Origin: Hydrurus foetidus
Taxonomy: Eukaryota
Reading direction: 5' to 3'
DNA: 64,000 nt
NCBI GenBank assembly: GCA_900617105.1
Contig: UYFQ01000001.1
Span: 2,604,001-2,668,000 of the forward strand
A program made the translations under genes and the position numbers. How positions within the stretch are numbered: the first letter of the stretch is position 1; the number at the start of each line of letters is the position of its first letter. Positions 29,987 to 39,410 of the stretch are shown here, in pieces. The notes under the pieces are model-generated. The model saw only the letters and a program-made list of their open reading frames with translations. It had not been told where the DNA came from and did no database searches.

Positions 29987-30793
29987 TTATTTTTGACATT
30001 CAGGGCAAAAGAATACACCGCGACCACCGAGGTCAATCCGCGCGACTGGCGCGCAGCACACTCGGCAGGGCAAGCCTTGGCGGTCAAACACAAAAAAGCG
30101 CGCGGCTTCGTAGTCATTGCCGCTGGCTCTGAGGGCTTTGTAGTCTGCAGTTGGCACCAGCACGCCATCATGTCGCACGCTGCGCCAGCTCAAGCGGTGA
30201 ATCACCTTGGCCAGCGTGAGCAGCCGCGCAGGTGAAAGCTCGCCCACCCGCAAGCCCGGATTCAGGCGCGCCACAAACAAAATATCAGCCCGCAGATAGT
30301 TACCCAACCCGGCCAGCACGCCTTGGTCAAGCAGCGCAGCGGCCAAATTGCGACGCGGAAAACGCAGCAGCTGCGCGGCAAGCATGGCCGGTGTGATGCC
30401 CTCGCCCAGCACTTCGGGCCCCAGCTTGGCGATGTAGGGGTGCTTGCCTTCATGCCCCACGCGCAGCCACGCAAAATCAGTCGCACTGTACAGCACCACG
30501 CGGTGATCTGCGGTACGCATTACCAAGCGCTGCTGCCGGGCAAGCGGTTCATCATGGTGCGCATGCACGCGCCACTCGCCGTACAACTGATTGTGCGAAT
30601 ACAGCACATCGCCGGTTGAAAACTCGGTCAACATCGCTTTGCTGCGTGCGTGAACGCGCACCACGATTGCACGCTTTAAGCGGCGACTGCGCGCTTGAAG
30701 CGACGGGTACAGCAACGTCAGCTCAATCGCCTGGCCTGCCAAGGCGCCGTGCAGCTGGCGCGCTGCGCGGTAGATTTCAGGGCCTTCAGGCAT
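29987..30793 (-). CDS. nei: Endonuclease VIII (Fpg/Nei family DNA glycosylase)
   Basis: N-terminal PEGPE, SHNQLYG, H2TH LLDQ..LAGLGNYL, C-terminal CRVC...CPEC zinc finger. Confidence 0.88.
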   Translation of the reverse strand: MPEGPEIYRAARQLHGALAGQAIELTLLYPSLQARSRRLKRAIVVRVHARSKAMLTEFSTGDVLYSHNQLYGEWRVHAHHDEPLARQQRLVMRTADHRVVLYSATDFAWLRVGHEGKHPYIAKLGPEVLGEGITPAMLAAQLLRFPRRNLAAALLDQGVLAGLGNYLRADILFVARLNPGLRVGELSPARLLTLAKVIHRLSWRSVRHDGVLVPTADYKALRASGNDYEAARFFVFDRQGLPCRVCCAPVARIDLGGRGVFFCPECQK

Positions 30794-30811
30794 GCGCCGC
30801 TTGCACTTAAC

Positions 30812-31249
30812 TTAAATGGCAGCCGCGCCAAGTACGCAACTGAGCGTGGCCACAATCGTCAGCCGCAAACGCATGGGCAACCATTGGCTCAACCCGGCGG
30901 GCGGGTAGGTTTTTCTGTCGACCAAATAACAGGCCACCAGCGTTAACCCGAGCAAAGGCAGCGCGGCGTAAGCCGGTAGCATCAGCGCCAGCCACGCGAC
31001 CAAAGACGGCGTAACGCCCCAAAAGAAATGAAAACGCTGCGCTTGATTGCCCTGCATAAAACCAATGCCCCAATGCACGCCGCCCAAAAACGACGCAATG
31101 GCGGCCGCATAAGCACCCAGCGCAATTGCTACAAACGGCAGCAGTTCAGCCTCTACCAGCCACAGCAGCGCAGCCAGCAGCACGAACGGAACCAGCCCAG
31201 CGTAACCCAGGCGGTGGATGGTTTGTTCAGCAGGCATGTTTAGGGCCAC
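30812..31249 (-). CDS. DUF3429 family membrane protein
   Basis: LGYAGLVPF, SFLGGVHWG, C-terminal RLRLT. Confidence 0.8.
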   Translation of the reverse strand: MALNMPAEQTIHRLGYAGLVPFVLLAALLWLVEAELLPFVAIALGAYAAAIASFLGGVHWGIGFMQGNQAQRFHFFWGVTPSLVAWLALMLPAYAALPLLGLTLVACYLVDRKTYPPAGLSQWLPMRLRLTIVATLSCVLGAAAI

Positions 31250-31285
31250 GTTAAAACCACAAGTGTTTGATGCAGGCGGCGCGCA

Positions 31286-32590
31286 TTACAGCAAGTCCGA
31301 AAACTGAGTGACATCGCGCCGGGCGCGCTCGTAAAACTTGCTAAATGACCGGCATGCCATTGGCGGATCAGGCAGCAAACGCGACGCCGCTTGCAGCGTA
31401 GCTTTGCGGGCAAGCGCTTCCCGGTAGCCCGGAAAAAGCGTTGCCTGCGCGCTGACGGGCAGGTTGGCGGGCAAGTCAAGCTGCGCCAAATCGCCCACCC
31501 AAATGCCGTCGGACGCGTCGGCCATGGCCGACAGCACAAATCTCCAACGCTGCTCAGACCACGGCCACGCGGCATGGGCTGGCGTGTGAATCACGCCAAT
31601 GCGCAGCTCGCCCGCGCTTGTCGGCTTTCGCGCAGCCAGGCTGAACGGGTGAACCAGCTCAATGCGCACGCCAGCCGGGCGCTCATTTGCTATTTTATTA
31701 ATAGCTTCTCGCGCCTGATTTGATTGGGCTACAGCATCAAAAAACTCGTAAGGAAGTGGCAACAGAGCAGGTTCTGCCGTGCCTGCATGCGCCCCGCGCT
31801 CCGCACCGGCGTCGCCCCGCTCACGGGCCAGCACATCGAGCGCCTCGTAGCTTTGGTCTATTGCGGTAGCACTGCAATCCCACGCGGGCCGATTGCTACT
31901 GGGGGCGTACTTCATCACGTTGTCGGCATTGAACAAATACGGCTTGCTTGAAAACGTACCGGCTACCCATTGCCAGCTGAGGTGATTGCTGGGCAAGTCG
32001 CCATCTAGCAAGTGGCCATACAACCAGTCAGCCCCGGCGCGCCAATGCACTTTACGCACGTGCACCACATAGCTGGCCAGCCACATCCGCAGGTGGTTGT
32101 GCAGGTAGCCTGTGGCGTACAAAATGCGCACCGCATTGTCGATGGCCGCTACGCCAGTGCGGCCTTCACGAATATCTTGCGGCAGCGTGCGGGCGTAAAG
32201 GCCGTGCCAGGCCGGCGTGCCGTGCATGTCCTGCAAAATAGCATCCGGGGTTTTTTGATGCCGCCACACGTGGTGAAAAAACTCGCGCCAGCCAAACTCA
32301 AAAACCAGCTTGTCTTCAAAAGTCAAAGCCTGCCGCTGGTGAATAAGCTGCGCCGCCTGCGTCATGCCCAGCAGGCCATGAGTGAAATAGGGCGACAAGC
32401 CTGTTACAGCGCCATCAAGTGCGTTGCGGGTTTTGGCATAAAGGGCAGGCTTGACAGCATTGAGCCTGGCCAAAGCTGCAGCCTGCGTGGGCTCAAACGC
32501 CAAAAGATGATTAGGTACGCCCAGGCGCCTGGCCTGCTCGGCACCCAACGCGGCAGCGGTCAGCGCGCTTGCTGTGTCGCTACTTGGCAT
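31286..32590 (-). CDS. Photolyase-family protein with N-terminal FAD-binding domain (inverted topology)
   Basis: LSPYFTHG, WREFF, TGYLHNHLRMWLASY, LLDGDLPSNHLSWQWVAG all within the first ~215 aa. Confidence 0.85.
   Translation of the reverse strand: MPSSDTASALTAAALGAEQARRLGVPNHLLAFEPTQAAALARLNAVKPALYAKTRNALDGAVTGLSPYFTHGLLGMTQAAQLIHQRQALTFEDKLVFEFGWREFFHHVWRHQKTPDAILQDMHGTPAWHGLYARTLPQDIREGRTGVAAIDNAVRILYATGYLHNHLRMWLASYVVHVRKVHWRAGADWLYGHLLDGDLPSNHLSWQWVAGTFSSKPYLFNADNVMKYAPSSNRPAWDCSATAIDQSYEALDVLARERGDAGAERGAHAGTAEPALLPLPYEFFDAVAQSNQAREAINKIANERPAGVRIELVHPFSLAARKPTSAGELRIGVIHTPAHAAWPWSEQRWRFVLSAMADASDGIWVGDLAQLDLPANLPVSAQATLFPGYREALARKATLQAASRLLPDPPMACRSFSKFYERARRDVTQFSDLL
31689..31731 (-). 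repeat. 43-bp dispersed repeat, copy 9 (in frame in the photolyase linker)
   Basis: Reverse complement TAGCCCAATCAAATCAGGCGCGAGAAGCTATTAATAAAATAGC, read as VAQSNQAREAINKIA. Confidence 0.85.
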
Positions 32591-33293
32591 CGGTCAAAAA
32601 TCGCTCAATTTCGGGTGTGCCAATGGCTCCAGGTGAGCGTGAACCGTCTGCGAAAAAGCTGGTTGGCGTGCCTGTAATCCGGTGCTTGGCGCCAAACTCT
32701 TTGTTGCGGTCAATGGCGGTGGTGTCGCAGGTGGCTTTGGTCACGGGGACGTCGCGCACCATCAGGTCAAGCCAGGCTTTGCCGCGGTCTTTGGCGCACC
32801 AGATGCTTTTGGTTTTTTCTACTGAATCAGGACCCAACACTGGGTACAAAAACATGTACACAGTCACGTCGTTGACCTTTTGCAGGTCACGCTCGAAGCG
32901 CTTGCAAAATCCGCAGTTAGGGTCTTCAAAGACCGCCATTTTGCGTTTGCCGTTGCCGCGCACAATCGTGAAAGCGTCTTTTAAAGGCAGCGCGCCAAAG
33001 TCAATAGCGCTGAGTTTGTCGGTTCGCTCTTGCGTCAAATTGCGCTTGCCTTTGGTGTCCAGCAGCACGCCCTGGATCAGAAAATTGCCTTCGGTATCGG
33101 TGTAGAAAATATCGCTGCCGTTGACGCGGACTTCAAACAAGCCCGCCATGGGCGTTTTGCTGACCTCATCTATTTTGGAAAACGCTGGCAGCCGCTCAGC
33201 CAAGTTTTTACGGATGATCGACTCTTGCGCCAGTGCCGCGTTTAAACTGCACGCCATTAAACCCAACACTGCTATTGATTTTAGAAATTTCAT
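32580..33293 (-). CDS. dsbC: Thiol:disulfide isomerase DsbC
   Basis: Signal peptide from ATG 33293, DPNCGFC active site, ITGTP cis-Pro loop. Confidence 0.9.
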   Translation of the reverse strand: MKFLKSIAVLGLMACSLNAALAQESIIRKNLAERLPAFSKIDEVSKTPMAGLFEVRVNGSDIFYTDTEGNFLIQGVLLDTKGKRNLTQERTDKLSAIDFGALPLKDAFTIVRGNGKRKMAVFEDPNCGFCKRFERDLQKVNDVTVYMFLYPVLGPDSVEKTKSIWCAKDRGKAWLDLMVRDVPVTKATCDTTAIDRNKEFGAKHRITGTPTSFFADGSRSPGAIGTPEIERFLTDAK

Positions 33294-33391
33294 GATGCTT
33301 CCAATGGCTTTTAACTGAAATGAGGTGAAGGCTAAACCATCGCTTTGACGCGGTGTTAACCCAAGAAGTTCATTAGACCGCAAACCAGATG

Positions 33392-34501
33392 TCAAACCGA
33401 CAACCCCGCGGCGCGCCTTGTCAGCCAGTTTTTGATGCCTTGGCTGGCTTCAAACCCGTTCATGCCCCAGTTGCGGGCTGCCTGCCACGGCGCACCGGTT
33501 TGCGCAAACAGGTTGTGTAGCCCGTCAGTGACCGCACCAACAGCGGCGACTTCTGCCTTTCGCGCGCGTTCATACCGGCGCAGCAATTTTTCGTCGCCCA
33601 AACCGCGCCAGTATTCACGCCCGGCCAGCACGCCAGCCAAGCTGGCGGCATCTGCAAGCCCCAAATTCAACCCCTGCCCGGCCAAGGGGTGCACTGTGTG
33701 CGCGGCGTCGCCGGCCAGCGCCCAACCGGGCCCAACCCAATGCTGCGCAACCGACAACGCTAGTGGCCAGGTTGCAGTGAGGCTAGCCAAAGTCAGCAGG
33801 CCCGCCTGCTCGCCACAAACCGACATGACGGCCGAGCAAAAATCTGACGGCGGCAAGCTGGATAACACATCGGCCCGCTCTGCGGCAACTGACCACACCA
33901 AGCCAGCAGTGTTGCCGTGCGCGCCGCCCATGGGCAAAAGCGCCAGCACCTCCCCGCCCACAAACCACTGGCGTGCTGCACCGCCATGCGGCACGCTGCA
34001 GGTCAAGCGGGCGGCAATCGCTTTTTGCGGGTAGGGCTTTTTTGTCCAATCGGCTGCAACGCCAGAGCGGCTGGCGCTTTTTTGGCCTTCGCAAATAAGC
34101 GTCAGCACGGCTGGGGCAGGTTGCTGCACGCTTTCAATGTGACTTTGGAAACGGCAGGCATCCAGCAGGTTTTTTTCAAGCGTCGGCACATCCACAATCC
34201 AGGCGAGCGCATCTTGCCCGGCATTTTGCGCATTAAAACGGATGGCGCCGCGGTCATCGCCCCATACCTGCATGGTGCTCACCGGTGTCGCAAGATCCTC
34301 CGTTGGCCAGACCCGCAGGGCTTCCAGCAGTTGCATGCTGGTGCGGTTCAAAGCGTAGGCCCGAACATCTTGCACCGCAGGCTCTGTTGAGACGGGCCTT
34401 ACGCACAGCGCCACGCGCAAGCGCTCTTTAGCCAGTAGCAAAGCCAATGTGCGGCCCACTACGCCGTCACCGCGAATACACACATCAAACGTCTTGGTCA
34501 T
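33392..34501 (-). CDS. UbiH/UbiF family FAD-dependent monooxygenase
   Basis: Rossmann GDGVVG, GDAAHTVHPLAGQGLNLG. Confidence 0.9.
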   Translation of the reverse strand: MTKTFDVCIRGDGVVGRTLALLLAKERLRVALCVRPVSTEPAVQDVRAYALNRTSMQLLEALRVWPTEDLATPVSTMQVWGDDRGAIRFNAQNAGQDALAWIVDVPTLEKNLLDACRFQSHIESVQQPAPAVLTLICEGQKSASRSGVAADWTKKPYPQKAIAARLTCSVPHGGAARQWFVGGEVLALLPMGGAHGNTAGLVWSVAAERADVLSSLPPSDFCSAVMSVCGEQAGLLTLASLTATWPLALSVAQHWVGPGWALAGDAAHTVHPLAGQGLNLGLADAASLAGVLAGREYWRGLGDEKLLRRYERARKAEVAAVGAVTDGLHNLFAQTGAPWQAARNWGMNGFEASQGIKNWLTRRAAGLSV

Positions 34502-34609
34502 GAGCGCATTTTAGAAGGCAGGGCAAAATTGGCGCTGCAGCTTTTATTTACCCCTTCCGCCTAACCTTTTCCGGGCTCGGGCAACATGCCTGAAAACGGT
34601 TCATTCTGA

Positions 34610-35521
34610 ATGCCCTCTGTGAACGATCAACTCCCATCGGCCCCGAGCCCGTTTGACACGACTGCGGTAATAACCCAACTTGTGGTCTACCCCATCAAAT
34701 CGTGCGCGGGCGTGGCAGTCAAAGAGGCGCTGCTGCTGGACACGGGGCTGGAGTTTGACCGCGCCTGGATGGTGGTAGATGAGCACGGCGAATTTCTAAC
34801 CCAACGCGAACTGCCGCGCATGGCGCTTGTCCAGCCGCTACTCAAGCACTACGAAATGGTGCTGCGCGCGCCTGGCATGCTGGCATTGCACGTGAAATTG
34901 GACGAGGTTGAAGCGCCCGTACGCGTGCGGGTCTGGGACGACGATGTAGCAGCGTTTGACATGGGCCCCACTGCTGCCCAGTGGTTTTCAGACTTTTTGG
35001 GCGTCAAATGTCGCCTGGTGCGGTTTGACCCTGACCACAAACGCCTGAGCAGCCGCGACTGGACGGGCGATATTGAAGCGCCAAACCAGTTCAGCGATGG
35101 CTTTCCGGTGCTGGTGATCAGCGAGGCGTCGCTGGCGCAATTAAATGACAAACTGGTGGCCGATGGAACCAGCGCAGTCAGCATGTCGCGCTTTAGGCCC
35201 AATATTGTTTTGGGCAACGCGTCAGACGGTGAGTTGATCAATGCGCACGATGAAGACCGCTTTGACGTATTGCACATCACCACCGCTGAGGGCGTGGTGC
35301 AGCTCAAACCGGTCAAGCCCTGCCCGCGTTGCCCGATTCCGAATATTGACCCTTTGAGCGCCATCAGCAGCCCCGAAGTAGGTGACTTGCTGCAAGGCTA
35401 CCGCCAAGACCCACGGGTGAATGGCGCTGTTACTTTCGGCATGAACCTGGTGCGGCTTGGTGCAGCCGACTACACGCTTCGGGTAGGGCAAGCCGTACAA
35501 GGTAACTTTCGCTTTGACTGA
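34610..35521 (+). CDS. MOSC domain protein (YcbX/mARC-like)
   Basis: YPIKSC, DRAWM, FSDGFP, RFRPNIV, CPRC, FGMN. Confidence 0.92.
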   Translation: MPSVNDQLPSAPSPFDTTAVITQLVVYPIKSCAGVAVKEALLLDTGLEFDRAWMVVDEHGEFLTQRELPRMALVQPLLKHYEMVLRAPGMLALHVKLDEVEAPVRVRVWDDDVAAFDMGPTAAQWFSDFLGVKCRLVRFDPDHKRLSSRDWTGDIEAPNQFSDGFPVLVISEASLAQLNDKLVADGTSAVSMSRFRPNIVLGNASDGELINAHDEDRFDVLHITTAEGVVQLKPVKPCPRCPIPNIDPLSAISSPEVGDLLQGYRQDPRVNGAVTFGMNLVRLGAADYTLRVGQAVQGNFRFD

Positions 35522-35622
35522 CCCGGAAACTGCAAGCGGGCCTGACGGGAAGTGACCTACACTTCCACACCTGGTTTTTTACCTAATTTTCACCAGTTAT
35601 TGATGGTTTTTGAAGGCTTTTT

Positions 35623-36714
35623 ATGAGTTTGAAATGCGGCATCGTCGGCTTGCCTAATGTCGGTAAATCCACCCTGTTCAATGCGCTGACCAAGGCGGGC
35701 ATTGCGGCTGAAAATTACCCGTTTTGCACCATCGAGCCCAATGTGGGCATTGTTGAATTACCAGACGCCCGGCTGGCGCAATTGTCTGAAATTGTTCAGC
35801 CTGAAAAAATCGTGCCTGCGATTGTTGAGTTTGTCGACATTGCTGGCTTGGTGGCGGGTGCCAGCACAGGCGAAGGCCTGGGCAACAAGTTTTTAGCGCA
35901 CATCCGCGAAACCGACGCCACAGTGAATGTGGTGCGTTGCTTTGAAGACGACAACGTGATTCATGTGGCGGGCAAGGTTGACCCGATTTCTGACATTGAA
36001 GTGATTCAAACCGAGTTGTGCCTGGCCGACTTGGCCGCTGTTGAAAAAGCGCTGCACCGCGTGACGAAAACCGCGCGCTCGGGTGACAAAGAATCCATCA
36101 AACTCGTGGCGATTCTAGAAAAATGCCAACTGGTGCTGAACGAAGCCAAGCCGGTACGCACCATCGAATTTAGCAAAGAAGAGCAACCGCTGCTTCAGCA
36201 ATTTTTTCTGATTACTGCCAAGCCGGCGATGTTTGTGGCCAACGTAGCTGAAGACGGCTTTGTGAACAACCCGTTTTTAGACCGCTTGACCGAATACGCC
36301 AAAGCGCAAAACGCGCCCGTGGTGGCGATTTGCGCCAAGATGGAAGCCGAAATGGCCGACATGGAAGAAGACGACAAGAAAATGTTTTTAGCCGAGCTGG
36401 GCCAAACAGAGCCGGGCTTGAACCGCCTAATTGTTGCGGCGTTCAAGCTGCTGGGGCTGCAAACTTATTTCACCGCAGGCGTGAAAGAAGTCCGCGCCTG
36501 GACAATTCACGTCGGCGACACCGGGCCGCAAGCGGCCGGGGTGATTCACACTGACTTTGAAAAAGGTTACATCCGCGCGCAAACGATTGCGTTTGCTGAC
36601 TACATCGCTTTTAAAGGCGAGCAAGGCGCGAAAGACGCTGGCAAGATGCGCAGCGAGGGCAAGGAATACGTCGTCAAGGACGGAGACGTCATGAACTTCC
36701 TGTTTTCAAGCTGA
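35623..36714 (+). CDS. ychF: Redox-regulated ATPase YchF
   Basis: [27 protein letters not shown] domain. Confidence 0.97.
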   Translation: MSLKCGIVGLPNVGKSTLFNALTKAGIAAENYPFCTIEPNVGIVELPDARLAQLSEIVQPEKIVPAIVEFVDIAGLVAGASTGEGLGNKFLAHIRETDATVNVVRCFEDDNVIHVAGKVDPISDIEVIQTELCLADLAAVEKALHRVTKTARSGDKESIKLVAILEKCQLVLNEAKPVRTIEFSKEEQPLLQQFFLITAKPAMFVANVAEDGFVNNPFLDRLTEYAKAQNAPVVAICAKMEAEMADMEEDDKKMFLAELGQTEPGLNRLIVAAFKLLGLQTYFTAGVKEVRAWTIHVGDTGPQAAGVIHTDFEKGYIRAQTIAFADYIAFKGEQGAKDAGKMRSEGKEYVVKDGDVMNFLFSS

Positions 36715-36755
36715 AACATGCTGTTTTGGTCGTTTTTAGGCATTAAATTGGCCTC

Positions 36756-36798
36756 TAGACCAATAAATACTGGCGCGAGCAGCTTCTGTATTAATAGC
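36756..36798 (+). repeat. 43-bp dispersed repeat, copy 10 (intergenic)
   Basis: TAGACCAATAAATACTGGCGCGAGCAGCTTCTGTATTAATAGC. Confidence 0.88.
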
Positions 36799-36814
36799 GT
36801 TTTAGGCACGGTTC

Positions 36815-37516
36815 ATGACTGAACCCGTACGCCTTTCGAAGCGCCTGGCAGAAATGCTGCCCTGCTCACGCAGCGAGGCGGAGCAATATATCAAAGGCGG
36901 CTGGGTCACGGTCGATGGCGGGGTGGTTGAGGAGCCGCAGTTCAAGGTGCTTAATCAAACCATTGAATTGTCAAAAGACGCCAGCCTGCTAGCGCCTACT
37001 GCCGTTACGTTACTGTTGCATAAACCAGCAGACTTTGCCGCCGACTTGCAACTGGCTACTCACGCCGCTGATGACCGGTCCGGCATCAACCGACTCAAAA
37101 AACATTTTGCTGCCGAGCTGCTCGCGCCCTTGGCTCTGCCCGCCAGCGGCCTGGTGGTTTTTAGCGACGACTGGCGCGTTGCCCGCAAGCTGCGTGAAGA
37201 CGCGGCCACGCTGGAGCATGAAGTGGTGGTCGACGTCGCTGGCAGCATAAAACCCGGTGGGCTAGAGCGTTTAAACCGCATCGATCACGGCTTTACTTTT
37301 AATGGCAGGCTGCTTGGCCCCGCCAAAGTGAGCTGGCAAAGCGAGGCGCGTTTGCGCTTTGCACTCAAAGGCGAGCAGCCCGGGCAAATTGCTTACTTTT
37401 GTCAGAGCGTTGGCTTGACAGTTACCGGCATGAAACGCCTGCGAATTGGCCGCGTGCCACTGCGGGGGTTGGCCGTTGGGCAGTGGCGCTATTTGCTGCC
37501 AGACGAGCGGTTTTAG
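36815..37516 (+). CDS. S4-domain RsuA/RluF-like pseudouridine synthase homolog lacking the catalytic RLD motif
   Basis: S4 domain RLSK...CSRSEA, LLHKP, C-terminal KRLRIG...GQWRYL. Confidence 0.82.
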   Translation: MTEPVRLSKRLAEMLPCSRSEAEQYIKGGWVTVDGGVVEEPQFKVLNQTIELSKDASLLAPTAVTLLLHKPADFAADLQLATHAADDRSGINRLKKHFAAELLAPLALPASGLVVFSDDWRVARKLREDAATLEHEVVVDVAGSIKPGGLERLNRIDHGFTFNGRLLGPAKVSWQSEARLRFALKGEQPGQIAYFCQSVGLTVTGMKRLRIGRVPLRGLAVGQWRYLLPDERF

Positions 37517-37517
37517 C

Positions 37518-38000
37518 TCAGAACTTAAAACCACCCGGAAAGGCCCAGATCAGGCTGCCAGTCATTAAAAAATAACGCAAAAACTTGCCAATGGCCATGT
37601 ACAAAACGCAGGGCCAAAAAGAAAACTTCAACCAGCCCGCTACTGCGCAAAGCGGGTCACCGACCACGGGCAGCCAGGCCAGCAAACAAGCCTTGGGGCC
37701 TAACTTTTCCAGCCACCGCAGCGCCCGGCCATGGTGCGAATCGTATTTGTATTTATCAACGACCTTGTGCGCACCGTAGCCTAGCCACCAGTCGAGTGCG
37801 CCACCCAACGTGTTGCCTGCGGTGGCCACCAGAATCGCTGGCCAAAACAATTCAGGGTTGAGTTTGACCAAACCAAACACCACTGGCTCAGAGCCCAACG
37901 GCAGCAAGGTAGCGGAGATAAACGACACGATAAAAACCGTGCTCAAGCCAAACTGCGGCAGGCTCAGCATTTCTAAAAGTTGTTGAATCCAGGCTTCCAT
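37518..38000 (-). CDS. YqaA/DedA family membrane protein
   Basis: SFISATLLPLGSE, GNTLGG, LPVVGDPL, GKFLRY; ATG at 38000 preferred. Confidence 0.88.
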   Translation of the reverse strand: MEAWIQQLLEMLSLPQFGLSTVFIVSFISATLLPLGSEPVVFGLVKLNPELFWPAILVATAGNTLGGALDWWLGYGAHKVVDKYKYDSHHGRALRWLEKLGPKACLLAWLPVVGDPLCAVAGWLKFSFWPCVLYMAIGKFLRYFLMTGSLIWAFPGGFKF

Positions 38001-38119
38001 ACGCGAGCAGTATCGCACCTGAACCACTGCGCACCGCCCATACAGTGCTATCGTTTTTGCTTAAATTTTAAGCAGCTATACTTTGCCTTCTTTTTCAGCA
38101 ACCGCATCCCTACCGCCAC

Positions 38120-39160
38120 ATGTTTATCGGCCCTTTTCAATTGGCAAACAATTTGTTTGTCGCGCCCATGGCGGGCGTTACCGACAGGCCTTTTCGCATG
38201 CTGTGCAAAAAGCTGGGTGCGGGTTATGCCGTCAGTGAAATGGTGACGTCGCGGCGCGACTTGTGGGACACGCTCAAAACATCTCGCCGCGCGAATCACG
38301 ATGGTGAGCCCGAGCCAATTGCCGTGCAAATTGCAGGAACCGATGCACAAATGATGGCTGACGCCGCGCTGTACAACATTGACCGCGGCGCGCAAATCAT
38401 CGACATCAACATGGGCTGCCCGGCAAAAAAAGTCTGCAACAAATGGGCGGGCTCTGCGCTGATGCAGGACGAAACATTGGCCATTGAAATAGTTGCTGCC
38501 GTAGTCGCGGCCTGTGCACCGAAAAACGTGCCGGTCACACTCAAAATGCGCACCGGCTGGGCTGTGCATCATAAAAACGCAGTCACGATTGCCCGCGCGG
38601 CCGAGAGCGCCGGCGTGGCGATGGTGGCTGTCCACGGCCGCACCCGTGAACAGGGCTACAAAGGCTTGGCCGAGTACGACACGATTGCCGAGGTGAAAGC
38701 CGCTTTAAACATTCCGGTGGTGGCCAACGGCGACATCACCAGCGGGGAAAAAGCCCGCGACGTATTGGCCTACACCGGCGCTGATGCCGTCATGCTGGGG
38801 CGCGTTGCGCAGGGCAGGCCGTGGATATTTCGTGAAGTGGCGCACTTTTTGGCCACTGGCAATCACCTTGCATCGCCGCTGGTGCTGGACGTCAAACGCC
38901 TGCTGGTTGACCACTTGCTGGACCACTACGCGTTGTATGGCGAATTTACGGGCGTGCGCAGTGCGCGCAAACACATCGGCTGGTACGTCAAATCACTGTC
39001 TGGGGGCGAAGCCTTTCGCGCACGCATGAACCTGCTGCAAGACGCCGAAGCGCAGTTGCTTGCAGTTGCCGAATTTTTCGATGCGTTGGGCGCAGTCACT
39101 GACCGCGTACCCACCGCAGCGCCGGTTGAAAATTTGGATATTGAGAAAGTGTTGGTATGA
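38120..39160 (+). CDS. dusB: tRNA-dihydrouridine synthase B
   Basis: APMAGVTD, DINMGCP, HGRT, ANGDI; upstream of fis. Confidence 0.95.
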   Translation: MFIGPFQLANNLFVAPMAGVTDRPFRMLCKKLGAGYAVSEMVTSRRDLWDTLKTSRRANHDGEPEPIAVQIAGTDAQMMADAALYNIDRGAQIIDINMGCPAKKVCNKWAGSALMQDETLAIEIVAAVVAACAPKNVPVTLKMRTGWAVHHKNAVTIARAAESAGVAMVAVHGRTREQGYKGLAEYDTIAEVKAALNIPVVANGDITSGEKARDVLAYTGADAVMLGRVAQGRPWIFREVAHFLATGNHLASPLVLDVKRLLVDHLLDHYALYGEFTGVRSARKHIGWYVKSLSGGEAFRARMNLLQDAEAQLLAVAEFFDALGAVTDRVPTAAPVENLDIEKVLV

Positions 39161-39393
39161 GTAAAAAACAAATAGAAGAATGCATTCGCGTCAGCCTGGA
39201 CGGCTACTTTAAAGACTTGCGCGGCACCGAACCTGACAGCATGTACGACATGATGGTGCGGGTGGTTGAAAAGCCGTTGCTTGAAGTGGTGATGCAGCAA
39301 GCCGATCACAACCAGTCGCGCGCCGCAGAATGGCTGGGGCTGAACCGCAACACCCTGCGTAAAAAGCTGGTCGAACACAAATTACTCAAGTAA
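39157..39393 (+). CDS. fis: Fis DNA-binding protein
   Basis: [23 protein letters not shown]; dusB-fis-purH order. Confidence 0.93.
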   Translation: MSKKQIEECIRVSLDGYFKDLRGTEPDSMYDMMVRVVEKPLLEVVMQQADHNQSRAAEWLGLNRNTLRKKLVEHKLLK

Positions 39394-39410
39394 CTATTAA
39401 AAGAAAAACA

